This document shows, piece after piece, positions 1-9,242 of a stretch of DNA of 64,000 nucleotides. The number at the start of each line of letters is the position of its first letter. Positions within the stretch are counted from its first letter, which is position 1. Source of the DNA: an uncultured Dehalococcoidia bacterium (GTDB lineage: Bacteria > Chloroflexota > Dehalococcoidia > Bin125); NCBI GenBank assembly GCA_958295515.1, contig CATQGW010000001.1, forward strand, positions 1,187,468-1,251,467, in the 5' to 3' direction. A model generated the notes under the pieces. That model saw only the letters and a program-made list of their open reading frames with translations, did no database searches and had not been told where the DNA came from. The position numbers and the translations under genes were made by a program.

Positions 1-2
1 CC

Positions 3-239
3 GAGCCGCAGTGCTACCGGCGCGCCGCCGAACTGCTCGGCTGCGAGCCGCCGCAGGTGATGATGGTCGCCGCCCACCAGGGCGACCTGCTCGCCGCCGC
101 CCAAACCGGCATGCGCACCGCCTTCGTCCCCCGCCCCAAAGAGGCCGGACCCAATCACCCGGTCGATCTCACCCCCGACCCATCCTTCGACATCGTCGCC
201 GCCGATTTCCACGACCTCGCCCGCCAACTCGACCTCTAA
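3..239 (+). CDS. Haloacid dehalogenase type II (HAD superfamily), 3' part only
   Basis: Frame open from the window edge; VMMVAAHQGDLLAAAQTGMRTAFVPRPKE and FDIVAADFHDLA match the C-terminal motifs of HAD type II enzymes. Confidence 0.8.
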   Translation, partial: EPQCYRRAAELLGCEPPQVMMVAAHQGDLLAAAQTGMRTAFVPRPKEAGPNHPVDLTPDPSFDIVAADFHDLARQLDL

Positions 240-297
240 CAACCTCCCCTCGCAGGAAACATGGACGAGAGCCCCTCAGAGATAGAGAGGTCCCGCC

Positions 298-349
298 AAG
301 AGATCCCGTCAAGAGATCCCGTCAAGAGATCCCGTCAAGAGATCCCGTC
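298..349 (+). repeat. Tandem repeat, 4 x 13 bp AAGAGATCCCGTC
   Basis: Four perfect copies at 298, 311, 324 and 337; the last CGTC is the tag of the following palindrome. Confidence 0.95.
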
Positions 350-377
350 ATACCCGCGCTTGCCGCGGGTATCTCGC
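346..377 (+). repeat. CGTC-tagged REP-like palindrome (ATACCCGCG stem type)
   Basis: CGTCATACCCGCG-CTTGC-CGCGGGTATCTCGC; identical copies at 2920 and 48194, reverse copy near 56578-56609. Confidence 0.9.
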
Positions 378-489
378 CGTGACCAGCACCGCCGCCTCTT
401 CTCCGTCACTCCCGCTCGGGGGCAGCAATGACGCAATGGCAAGATCGCTATCTTCCCCCCAAGCGACACCTGCCGACCAGGAGGCCGAA

Positions 490-1284
490 ATGCTGGACCC
501 CAACGCCTACACCACGATCGACATCGAGAAGCGCGGCGACGGCATCGCCCTCGCCACGCTCAACCGCCCGGAAAAGCTCAACGCCGTCAACGCCGCGATG
601 CACCGCGAACTCGCCGCGCTGCCGCTCGACGCCAACCGCGACCCCGAGGTGCGCGTCCTCGTGCTGACCGGCGCCGGGCGCGCCTTCTGCGCCGGCGGCG
701 ACTTCAGCGCCGACCGTGATGCGCCGATGGGCGGGAGTTACCTCAACTCGCTCAACGAGGCGCGCCTGATCGTCGATAACTGGCTCGACATCGAGAAACC
801 CACGATCTGCGCTGTCAACGGCTATGCGCTCGGCCTCGGCGCGACCGTCGCGCTGCTCGCCGATGTCGTCTACGCCGGCAGAAGCGGCGTGCTCGGCGAT
901 ACCCATGTCAACATGGGGATCGGCGCGGGCGACGGCGGCGGCGTGCTCTGGCCGATGCTGGTCGGCCCCTCGCGCGCCAAGTACTACCTGATGACCGGCG
1001 AGCACATCAAGGCCGAAGCCGCCGCCGCGATGGGACTGGTGCATGCCGTGGTCGAAGACGACGAGCTGCTGCCCACCGCGCTCGCTCTCGCCGAGCGCCT
1101 GACTAACGGCCCGATCCGCGCCATCTCCGCCTCCAAGGTGCCGGTCAACAAGTGGATCAAGTTCGTCTCCAACCTCGTCCTGCCCGTCTCACTGGCGATG
1201 GAAGGCATGACGATGGCCGGCGGCGAGGCTGCCGAGGCGCAAGCCGCCTTCCGCGAAAAGCGCCAGCCGAACTTCCAGCGCTAA
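490..1284 (+). CDS. Enoyl-CoA hydratase/isomerase (crotonase) family protein
   Basis: TLNRPEKLNAVN, LTGAGRAFCAGGD, KPTICAVNGYALGLG motifs; ATG 490 follows AGGAGG (the ORF track starts at 379). Confidence 0.9.
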   Translation: MLDPNAYTTIDIEKRGDGIALATLNRPEKLNAVNAAMHRELAALPLDANRDPEVRVLVLTGAGRAFCAGGDFSADRDAPMGGSYLNSLNEARLIVDNWLDIEKPTICAVNGYALGLGATVALLADVVYAGRSGVLGDTHVNMGIGAGDGGGVLWPMLVGPSRAKYYLMTGEHIKAEAAAAMGLVHAVVEDDELLPTALALAERLTNGPIRAISASKVPVNKWIKFVSNLVLPVSLAMEGMTMAGGEAAEAQAAFREKRQPNFQR

Positions 1285-1352
1285 ATCGCGCAGCACGCGG
1301 AGCATGTTCGTGTAACCTGCCCCCTAGCGGGCGCGGGGGATAGGCTCGCGCG

Positions 1353-2873
1353 ATGGGGCGGCGTGGCTGGCTCTCGATACTGGTGTGCATTGCGGCGGGC
1401 GCAGCGCTGGCCTGCTCCGACGATGCGGATCCGCAGCAGGAAACTCCCGCACAGCCGACTCAAGCAGCCGTGCAACAGGCACAGCAGCAGGAGACAGGCG
1501 ATCGCTCCGACGACGCGTCCACGCAGCAGGCCGAGTCCGACGCGGCGCAGAGCGAAGACGGGCAACAGCAGGCGAGCCGCCCGGCGATGCGCTCCGAGCA
1601 GCAGGACGCCCCCCAGCAGAACGACCCCTATGCGACTGACGCGGCCGCTCCGCCGCCGTCCATCGCCGAGCCGCGCGAGGCGATCACGGCCGGCTTCCCC
1701 CTGATCCCCAGCGCGCCCGCCGAGGGCGACGAATACGGCTGGTCCGCCGTGGTGGACGACGACATCATCGCCGTAGGCGCGCCTTATCACGACGATGTGG
1801 CCGACGACGCCGGCGCAGTTTTCATCTTCGAGCGAAACGGCGACGAGTGGGTTGAAGCCGCCAAGCTGCTGCCGCCCTTCGGCGAGGCCGACGGCTGGTT
1901 CGGGCGCTGGTTGGCGCTCGACGATGGGCGGCTGCTGATCGGCGCGCCCTACGAGGACGTGACGCCGGCCACGGGCGGCGATCCGATCATCGACACCGGC
2001 GCGGCCTACATCTACGAGCGGCTTGGCGGCGAATGGCACCACACCGCCACGCTGCTGCCGGAACCGCTGGTCCCCGGCGCATCGTTCGGCTGGTCGGTGG
2101 CGATCGACGGCGACCGTTTGGCCGTCTCGGCCTGGGCCGACATCGTCGATGAGGAGCAGGCGGGCGCGGTCTACGTCTACCGCGAAGAGAAAGGGCAATG
2201 GCGTCTCGAGGCGCGCGTCGTCCCGCCCGAGCCGCAGCCCGCCCACCAGTTCGGGCGCGACATCGAGCTGGAGGAAAACGTGCTGATTGTCGGCGCACCC
2301 GGCGACGACGGCGAAGATCCCGACCAGGGCGCGGTCTTCGTCTACCACCAGTACGACTTCGATTGGAACTACACGGGCAAGTTCATCGCACCCGACGGCG
2401 GCGAAGGCGACGGGCTGGGCACGCAGGTCGCAATGGCGCTGCCCTGGTTCGCGGCCGGCGCGCACGGCCACGACGAGGACGGCTGGGACGCCGGCGTCGT
2501 CTACCTCTGGCGGCTCGACGAGTACTGGTCGCTGCACACCCGCCTGATTCCCTCCGACCTGGCGGTGGGCGACTGGTTCGGCTACTCCCCCGCGCTCGAA
2601 GGCGAACGGCTGGTGGTCGGCTCGCCGCATCGCCCCGATCCCGAGACGGGCGTCTACCGCACCGGCGCGGCCTACCTCTTCGAGCTGGTTGACGACGAAT
2701 GGATCGAGCGCGGCGTGCTGGGCCCCGTCGATCCCGCGCTGGCCGGCGAAAAGGCCGAGTTCGGCTGGGCCGCCGACATCCACGGCGACACCATCGTGAT
2801 CGGCTCCTGGCTCGCCGATGCCCAAGCCGGCGAAGACGCCGGCGCAGCAGCCGCGTTCCTCATCGCCCCCTAG
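1353..2873 (+). CDS. Lipoprotein with FG-GAP (integrin alpha-like beta-propeller) repeats
   Basis: Signal peptide with ALA-C lipobox, Q/A-rich linker, about seven FGxxVAxDGDxxxVGAP...GAVYxF repeats. Confidence 0.85.
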   Translation: MGRRGWLSILVCIAAGAALACSDDADPQQETPAQPTQAAVQQAQQQETGDRSDDASTQQAESDAAQSEDGQQQASRPAMRSEQQDAPQQNDPYATDAAAPPPSIAEPREAITAGFPLIPSAPAEGDEYGWSAVVDDDIIAVGAPYHDDVADDAGAVFIFERNGDEWVEAAKLLPPFGEADGWFGRWLALDDGRLLIGAPYEDVTPATGGDPIIDTGAAYIYERLGGEWHHTATLLPEPLVPGASFGWSVAIDGDRLAVSAWADIVDEEQAGAVYVYREEKGQWRLEARVVPPEPQPAHQFGRDIELEENVLIVGAPGDDGEDPDQGAVFVYHQYDFDWNYTGKFIAPDGGEGDGLGTQVAMALPWFAAGAHGHDEDGWDAGVVYLWRLDEYWSLHTRLIPSDLAVGDWFGYSPALEGERLVVGSPHRPDPETGVYRTGAAYLFELVDDEWIERGVLGPVDPALAGEKAEFGWAADIHGDTIVIGSWLADAQAGEDAGAAAAFLIAP

Positions 2874-2898
2874 CCGCAATCCCCCTCTCCCCCACCCC

Positions 2899-2951
2899 CG
2901 TCATTCCCGCCACCTCATCCGTCATACCCGCGCTTGCCGCGGGTATCTCGC
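2899..2951 (+). repeat. REP half-unit plus full CGTC-tagged REP
   Basis: CGTCATTCCCGC at 2899 and CGTCATACCCGCGCTTGCCGCGGGTATCTCGC at 2920, 21 bp apart. Confidence 0.9.
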
Positions 2952-2956
2952 TGTGA

Positions 2957-4169
2957 GAGACTGTTGCAAAAGTCGTTGCGGGACATGGGCGTGGGTGGCG
3001 CGGCGGCGCGGATCGGGACGCCGGGGCGGCGGAGCGGGCCGTCGGGGATGCGGAGCAGGGCGTGTGTATGAGTGCGCGGCGGGCGCAGGCAGGCGGCGGC
3101 GCGGCCGCGCACGCGGAGCAGCGCGAAGCGGCGCTCAGCCCGCCTCGCGCAGGGTCAGCGCGCGGCGCAGGTTGTAGGCGAAACACTTGAGCCGCAGCTC
3201 GAGCGCGTTGCGCGCCAGCCCGCGGTGGCCGACCCGGCGGTAGCGGTAGTGCTGCTTGAGGATGCCGAAGATGCACTCCACCTGCCGCCGCACCTGCCCG
3301 ATCAGCCGGTTGTGCACCTGCTGCCAGTGCGGCAGCTGCGGCTGGTGCTTGTGCGCGCGGTGCATGATCCGCGGCTTGATCCCGCGCCGCCGCAGCGCCG
3401 CGCGGCGCGCCTTCGACTCATACGCTTTGTCCGCGTAGACCGCGCCCGCATCGGCGCAGATCAAGCGCTCGGCGAGCTCGCTCTCATAGACCTTGGCCGA
3501 ACTCAACTCGGCGCGGCGGATCAGCAGCGAACCCAGGTCCAGGCCGAGATGCGCCTTGTAGCCGAAGTGCGACCGCCGCCCGCGTCCGCTGAAGCTCCAG
3601 TCCGCATCGGGGTCCAGGGGATGCTTCGCGGCGCGCCCGGCGCTGTACGGCGGCGGCGCAGCTGGGCCTCCAGCAGCGTCGCGTCGAGCAGCGCGGCGCG
3701 CTTGCGGAACAGTCCCAGCGCATCGAGTTGACGCTCCAGTTCGGCGAACAGCGCGGCGTCCAGACCGCGCGCGGCCAAGGCGCTGTGAAAGCGGCTGAAG
3801 CTGGAGTGGTCCGGGGTCGGATCGGCGGCGGCGAAGCCGGCGAAGCGGCGCAAGACCGGCGACTGGCGCAGCGCCCGCTCCAGGCTGCGCGTCGAGTGGT
3901 TGCCCCACTGACCGGCCAGCAGCGCCTTGAACAGCGCCAACGGCGGATAGCCCGGACGCCCCCGCCGCGCATCGCGCAGCGGCGCCAGCAGGCGCTCGAA
4001 GGGCGTCCAGTCGAGCAGCGCATCGAGCCGCTCCCACTCCCGATCACGGCCCAGCGCCGGCGGGCGCCAGACCTCCCACCAACTCAACTGCCCCAGCGCC
4101 ATCAACATCCCCCGCCTCCCTCCGCTCCGCACCACAGAATCCCCCAACTGCGACTTTTGCAACAGTCTC
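2957..4169 (-). mobile_element. IS5-family insertion sequence, 1213 bp
   Basis: Perfect 19-bp terminal inverted repeats GAGACTGTTGCAAAAGTCG (2957-2975 and 4151-4169); 6-bp target duplication CTGTGA (2951-2956 and 4170-4175); DDE transposase inside. Confidence 0.95.
3135..4108 (-). pseudogene. IS5-family transposase split by a frameshift near 3650-3660
   Basis: N-half (LDWTPFE, GRPGYPPLALFKALL, PDHSSFSRF, LLDAT) in one frame; C-half (DPDADW, HFGYKAH, YADKAY, RRQVECIFG) in another; ATG 4108 follows GGAGG. Confidence 0.85.
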
Positions 4170-4226
4170 CTGTGACGGGAACAGGCGGCGGGAGTGACGG
4201 AGCGGCGGGAAATCGGACCGCCCCAC

Positions 4227-5006
4227 TCAGCGCGCAGGCCCGCGAATCGTCACCCCGCCATCAACCGGGAGGATCACCCCGGTGATGTAGCGGGCCTCAT
4301 CGGAGGCCAGGAAAACTGCGGCCCAGCCAATATCCCAACCTTCACCCTCGAGCTTGAGCAGCGAAGCCTCGCGGCGGCGCTCGCGCAACTCATCGCTCAT
4401 ACCGGCGGCGTAGACCATCGGCGTGTAGACCGGGCCGGGCATGATGCAGTTGGCGCGGATCCCGTCCGCGCCGTGGTCCACGGCCAGCGCCTGGGTCAGC
4501 GTCGCCACCGCGCCCTTGCTCACGCTGTAGGCGGTCAGCCCGCGCGGGCGCAGCGCGGCGATCGAAGAGACATTGATGATCGCCCCGCCGCCCGAAGCGC
4601 GCATCGCCGGCACGGCATGTTTGGCCGTCAGCATCATGCTGGTCACATTGACGCGCTGCACGAGCTCCCAATCCTCCTCGCTGATCTCCTCGACCGTGCC
4701 GCGCCCGCCGATGCCGACGTTGTTGTGCAGGATGTCCAGCCGCCCCCAGCGTTCCACGGCGGCGTTGACCATCGCGCGGCAGTCTTCGCTGCTCGTCACG
4801 TCGGCGCGATGGATCACCGCGTCGTTTCCCTCCGCGCGGATCAGCTCCAGCGTGGCCTGGGCGGCCTGCTCGTCGCGGTCGGCGAGCAGCAGCTTCGCGC
4901 CCTCGCGGGCGAACAGAATCGCCGCGGCGCGTCCATTGCCGATTCCCTCCGCGCGCGAGCCCGCGCCGGTGATGATCGCCACCTTGTCTTTCAGTCGGTC
5001 GGGCAT
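4227..5006 (-). CDS. SDR family NAD(P)-dependent oxidoreductase
   Basis: KVAIITGAGS..GIGNG, LHNNVG, NVSS, YSVSK, IRANCIMPG, ITGVILPVDGG. Confidence 0.92.
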   Translation of the reverse strand: MPDRLKDKVAIITGAGSRAEGIGNGRAAAILFAREGAKLLLADRDEQAAQATLELIRAEGNDAVIHRADVTSSEDCRAMVNAAVERWGRLDILHNNVGIGGRGTVEEISEEDWELVQRVNVTSMMLTAKHAVPAMRASGGGAIINVSSIAALRPRGLTAYSVSKGAVATLTQALAVDHGADGIRANCIMPGPVYTPMVYAAGMSDELRERRREASLLKLEGEGWDIGWAAVFLASDEARYITGVILPVDGGVTIRGPAR

Positions 5007-5021
5007 GAGAACGCTCCCTGC

Positions 5022-6374
5022 TCAGTCGAACTTCCCCGGTTGCTGCTGATGCTGCGGTTTCCAGGCGTGCTCGGCGCGCCAGGCGAATTGGTCGAGCAGG
5101 GCGTAGAAGTGCGGGCGCTGCTCCGCCCGCTCGCGGCGGTCGGCGCGGATCCAGAGCAGCGTCGCGATCGCCATCAGCACGCCGAAGATCAGCGCCAGCC
5201 CGGCGAACACGTTGGACAGCGAGGTGGCGTCGATCGCCCGGCCCATCGTCGGCAGGAAGACGAGCATGCACAGCGCCCAGCCCATGTGATTGAGCGAGAG
5301 CATTGTGGCGCGCAGGTGCGAGGGCGTGCGGCGGTTGATGTAGCCCTCCATCAGCGGCATCAGCGCGCCGCGCGCGAAGCCGATCACGAGGAACAGCGCC
5401 AACGCCGCGAGGTGGTCGAGCAGCGCGATGCTGGCGTAGGCGACCACGACGAAAATCGGCATCGCCGCCAGTGAACGCAGCACGCCGAAGCGCGAGGCCA
5501 ACCAGAAGGCGGCGATCGCCGCTATGACCGTGGCAACCCGCGCCGGCGCCTGCAAGGCCGAGAACAGCCAGCCCACCTCGATCCCCTGCTCCCGCAGGAA
5601 GGGCTGTAGTAGGTAGAACTCGGGCACCATCGAAGCCAGCAGGATCGCAGCGAAGATCAGCGCGTAGCGCACCGAGGGCGTGCGCGCGCAAAGCCGCAGC
5701 GTCTGCTGCATCAGCGCCAGGTAGCTGAGCCGCGGCAGCGCCGCTTGCTCGGTCCCGTTGACCGACTGGGCGTGCTGCATCGGACGCGGCGGCTCGCGGA
5801 AGCGCAGCGCGATCAGCAGCGCGATCACTGTGCCGATCGCGCCGCTCAGCACCGTCGCCTGCGAGCCAATCTCGCCCGCGATCACGCCGCCGCCGAGCGT
5901 GGCCAGCACCATCGCCAGCGAACGCACCGCGAAGGCCCGTCCCGCCTGGCGCTCGAACTCCCGCGAGCGCCCCAGCGCCTGCAGCGAGTCGTGCAGAAAC
6001 GCGCTGTCGGCTCCCGTGATCAGCACGATCGACGAGCCCCAGAGCAGCCAGGCGATCGCCGCCTGCCAGACCCCGCCGGCGAAGGCGAACCAAATCACGA
6101 AGCCGAGGAAGATAATCAGTGAGAACCGAATGGTCCGCACCCGCCCGAAGCGGTCCGCCAGCGCCCCCGCCGGCGCCTGCCCGAAGGAGGTGATGATGTA
6201 GAACGCCGGCGCGATGAATCCGATCTCCGAGAAACTCAGCCCCACGTCCTCCGTGGCGAAGATGATCCAGATGGCGAGCCAGAATTGCAGATCATGAAAA
6301 AAGTAGAAGAACGGATAGAGGCGCAAATTGCGCCGCCAAAACCGGTCGGTGTCCTGAGCAGTTTGAGCAGCCAT
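5022..6374 (-). CDS. MFS transporter
   Basis: About 12 hydrophobic segments; motif A GALADRFGRV; SHLRATMLS in the second half. Confidence 0.88.
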   Translation of the reverse strand: MAAQTAQDTDRFWRRNLRLYPFFYFFHDLQFWLAIWIIFATEDVGLSFSEIGFIAPAFYIITSFGQAPAGALADRFGRVRTIRFSLIIFLGFVIWFAFAGGVWQAAIAWLLWGSSIVLITGADSAFLHDSLQALGRSREFERQAGRAFAVRSLAMVLATLGGGVIAGEIGSQATVLSGAIGTVIALLIALRFREPPRPMQHAQSVNGTEQAALPRLSYLALMQQTLRLCARTPSVRYALIFAAILLASMVPEFYLLQPFLREQGIEVGWLFSALQAPARVATVIAAIAAFWLASRFGVLRSLAAMPIFVVVAYASIALLDHLAALALFLVIGFARGALMPLMEGYINRRTPSHLRATMLSLNHMGWALCMLVFLPTMGRAIDATSLSNVFAGLALIFGVLMAIATLLWIRADRRERAEQRPHFYALLDQFAWRAEHAWKPQHQQQPGKFD

Positions 6375-6441
6375 ACCCCCGCATCATCCCCGATCACAAG
6401 CCGTCGCGCTTGAAGGGCCTCAAACGCTCCCGCAGCCACCT

Positions 6442-6473
6442 CCATTGTTCCCGCCCTCGAGCGGGAATAATGG
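6442..6473. repeat. Degenerate collapsed REP doublet (hairpin) between divergent genes
   Basis: CCATTGTTCCCGC-CCTCGA-GCGGGAATAATGG resembles CCGTCATTCCCGC...GCGGGAATGACGG; another TCCCGC lies 21 bp upstream (6428 vs 6449). Confidence 0.65.
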
Positions 6474-6533
6474 GGGGCGAGGAGGCAGGCCACGTTGCGC
6501 GTACCCTGCGAGGTGTGGAGTGGGAGATGGGCG

Positions 6534-7787
6534 ATGGTGTACGCGGTTGCTGCTCGATTTCTTGCGGTTTGTGCGCTGCTTGCTGTGGCGCTTAGCGCTT
6601 GCGGTGAGGAGTTTGAGCCTGGGCCGCTTGGCGCGGTTGAGGTTCGGGACGGTGAGCCGATCCGGGTTGCGGCCATGCTTGCGCTTTCCGGCGCGTCGCT
6701 CTCGGGCGAGTCCGTTGCTGCGGGCGTTGAGCTGGCGATCGGCGACTACGGAGAAATCCATGGACACGCTGTCGCGCTCGGGGAGCCGCTGGACAGCGGC
6801 TGCTCGCCTGAGGGTGGGGCCGAGGCTGCGCGCGAGGTGGTCGCCGATCCTCAAATCGTGGGCGCGATCGGCACCACCTGTTCGAGCGCAGCGACCGCCG
6901 CCGCGCCGGTCATCAGCGAGGCCGGGCTGGTGATGATCTCGGCCTCGAACACCGCGCCCTCGCTGACTTCCGACCTCGCCGGCAACGCTGCGGAGCACTT
7001 TCAGCGCGGCTACCTCCGTGTCGCGGACAACGGCCTGGGGCAGGCGGATGCCATTGCGCACTTCGTGTACGACGAGCTCGGCCTGCGCCGCGCGGTCTCG
7101 GTGCATGACGGCGACGCGTTCACCAGCGGCCTCGCCGCCGCCTTCGGCGACGCCTTTGAGGCGCTTGGCGGCGAAGTCATCGTTGTCGAGCAGATCGACA
7201 AGGGTGCGAGTGACATGGCCGCCGTGCTCAGCGGCTTCGCCGCGGCCGAGCCGGAGCTCGTGTTCTTCCCGCTGTTCACCGACGACGCGGCGCAGCTGAT
7301 GCGCCAGGCGCGGGAGCTGAATCTGCTCGGCGACGCGGTCTGGATCACCTCGGACGCCGCCTTCACCGAGCGATTCCTGGCAGTTCCCGAGACTGAGGGC
7401 GTCTACGCGGCCGGCCCCACGCTCGATTTCGGCGCAAACGTGAACGAGGCGACCGGCAAGAGCGTCGGCGCGGCGCTGAGCGAGTACCGCGCGCAATACG
7501 GCGAGCCGGCCTCGGTCTACTGGCCGCACGGCTACGACGCGGCCACGCTGCTGCTCACGGCGATCGAGTCCGTTGCGGTGGTCAAAGGCGACACGCTCTA
7601 CATCGACCGCGCCGCGCTACGCGAGGCGCTCTACGCCACGGCCAGCTTCAACGGCCTGACCGGTGCGCTGGGCTGCGACCAGTTCGGCGACTGCGGCCAC
7701 GGGCAAGTCTGGATTTACCACCACCCCGACGCCCAGGTCAGCGACCGCGCCCAGCTGCGGGTGGTCTATCGCTACACACCCGAGTAG
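6534..7787 (+). CDS. Branched-chain amino acid ABC transporter substrate-binding lipoprotein (LivJ/K-like)
   Basis: LSA-C lipobox; DSGCSPEGG, IGTTCSSA, MISASNTAPSLT, HGYDAATLL, FNGLTG; ATG 6534 follows GGAGA. Confidence 0.88.
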   Translation: MVYAVAARFLAVCALLAVALSACGEEFEPGPLGAVEVRDGEPIRVAAMLALSGASLSGESVAAGVELAIGDYGEIHGHAVALGEPLDSGCSPEGGAEAAREVVADPQIVGAIGTTCSSAATAAAPVISEAGLVMISASNTAPSLTSDLAGNAAEHFQRGYLRVADNGLGQADAIAHFVYDELGLRRAVSVHDGDAFTSGLAAAFGDAFEALGGEVIVVEQIDKGASDMAAVLSGFAAAEPELVFFPLFTDDAAQLMRQARELNLLGDAVWITSDAAFTERFLAVPETEGVYAAGPTLDFGANVNEATGKSVGAALSEYRAQYGEPASVYWPHGYDAATLLLTAIESVAVVKGDTLYIDRAALREALYATASFNGLTGALGCDQFGDCGHGQVWIYHHPDAQVSDRAQLRVVYRYTPE

Positions 7788-7851
7788 CCGCCGTGCCCAA
7801 CACGCTCCTCCTCAGGGAGGGAGCGGCGCGGCTGCGGTTACGCTCATCGGT

Positions 7852-8526
7852 ATGGAACACGATGAAACCACGCAGGCCGCGCGGCTGCGCATTCGCTTTG
7901 GCTGCGATGGGGCGCTGCGCTATGTGTCGCACCTCGACTTGATGCGCGTCTGGGAGCGCGCCTGCAAGCGGGCGGGGCTGCCGCTGACGCATTCGCAGGG
8001 TTTCACGCCGCGCCCCAAAATCGCGCTGGCCGCGCCGCTCGCGGTGGGGATGACCTCCGAAGCCGAACTCCTGGACCTCGTGCTCTCGCGCCGCGTCGAT
8101 TTCGCGGCGACTCGTGATGCGCTCGACGAACAGGTACCCGACGGCGTGCAGATCCTGGCGATCCACTCCGTCCCTCTGCGCCAACCCTCGCTGCAGTCGC
8201 AGGTCTGCGCCGCCGCGTACGAAGTGGAGCTGGAAGATGCGCGCGGCTGCGATGCGTGGCGGGAGGTCATCGCCGAGCTGCTCGCCCGCGAGGCGATTCC
8301 CTGGGAGCAGGAGCGCGGCGGCAAGCTGCGCCGCTACGACCTGCGCCCGCTGATTTTAGGGCTGGAGCTCGTCTCTTGCGGCGGCGGCGTTGCGGCGCTG
8401 CGGATGCGTCTGCGCCACGACGAGCGGGGCGCGGGACGCCCCGAGCAGGTCGCGCTGGCGCTGGGCGTTGAGCGCGCGCCGCGCCGCATGCACCGCGTTG
8501 AGCTTGAACTCGTGGGCGCGGAGTAG
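7852..8526 (+). CDS. Radical SAM-linked protein (TIGR03936/DUF2344 family)
   Basis: LRYVSHLDLMRVWERACKRAGLPLTHSQGFTPRPKIALAAPLAVG signature; DLRPLI and GRPE motifs. Confidence 0.88.
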   Translation: MEHDETTQAARLRIRFGCDGALRYVSHLDLMRVWERACKRAGLPLTHSQGFTPRPKIALAAPLAVGMTSEAELLDLVLSRRVDFAATRDALDEQVPDGVQILAIHSVPLRQPSLQSQVCAAAYEVELEDARGCDAWREVIAELLAREAIPWEQERGGKLRRYDLRPLILGLELVSCGGGVAALRMRLRHDERGAGRPEQVALALGVERAPRRMHRVELELVGAE

Positions 8527-8531
8527 CCGTC

Positions 8532-9167
8532 GTGGGGCGCGTGCTGCTGCTTCGCCATGTCGAATCGGAGGCCAACCGCGCCGGCGTGGGGCTGGGACGC
8601 ACCGACTCCCCGCCCACTCCGCTCGGTCTGCGTCAGCTGGAGGCGACCACGGGGGCGCTGGCCGACGAGCAGATCGCGCGCGTGCTGACCAGTCCGCTGC
8701 AACGCGCCGGGCGTCTGGCCGAGGCGATCGCCGCCGCGCACGGCGTGCAGGTGGAGCGCGTCGAGGCGCTGATCGAGATGGATGTGGGACAACTGGAAGG
8801 CCTCGACTGGTCCGTGGCGCGTGAGCGCTACGGCGACTTCCTACGCGGCTGGCGCGGCGCAAACTCCGCCCAGCTGCGCATGCCCGGCGGCGAGTCGTTG
8901 GCCGATGTGCTGGAGCGCGCCCGCCCCGTGCTCGACGACCTGCTGGCCGCCGACACCGACGGCGTGAGCGTGATCGTTTCACATAACTTCGTCGTCAAAG
9001 CGCTGCTCACCGACGCTCTCGGTCTGCCTATCGAGGAGTGGCGGCGGATCGATATCGGCCTGGCCTCAATCTCCGCAGTCCGCAGCGGCGATGGCCACCC
9101 CGTCGTCGAGCGCCTCAACGAGCGCGCGCACTTGGCGGCTATTCAGCACGATCAGACCATCGGCTAA
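8532..9167 (+). CDS. Histidine phosphatase (phosphoglycerate mutase-like) family protein
   Basis: LLRHVES (RHG-like), TSPLQRA, LIEMDVGQLEG, PGGES, IVSH, LNERAHL. Confidence 0.88.
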   Translation: MGRVLLLRHVESEANRAGVGLGRTDSPPTPLGLRQLEATTGALADEQIARVLTSPLQRAGRLAEAIAAAHGVQVERVEALIEMDVGQLEGLDWSVARERYGDFLRGWRGANSAQLRMPGGESLADVLERARPVLDDLLAADTDGVSVIVSHNFVVKALLTDALGLPIEEWRRIDIGLASISAVRSGDGHPVVERLNERAHLAAIQHDQTIG

Positions 9168-9242
9168 AGTAGTGATCTGCCAGAACAGCGGCGTAAGCGC
9201 GCACGGTACGCCGGGAATGCAAACACGCTAGGATGGTCCGCG

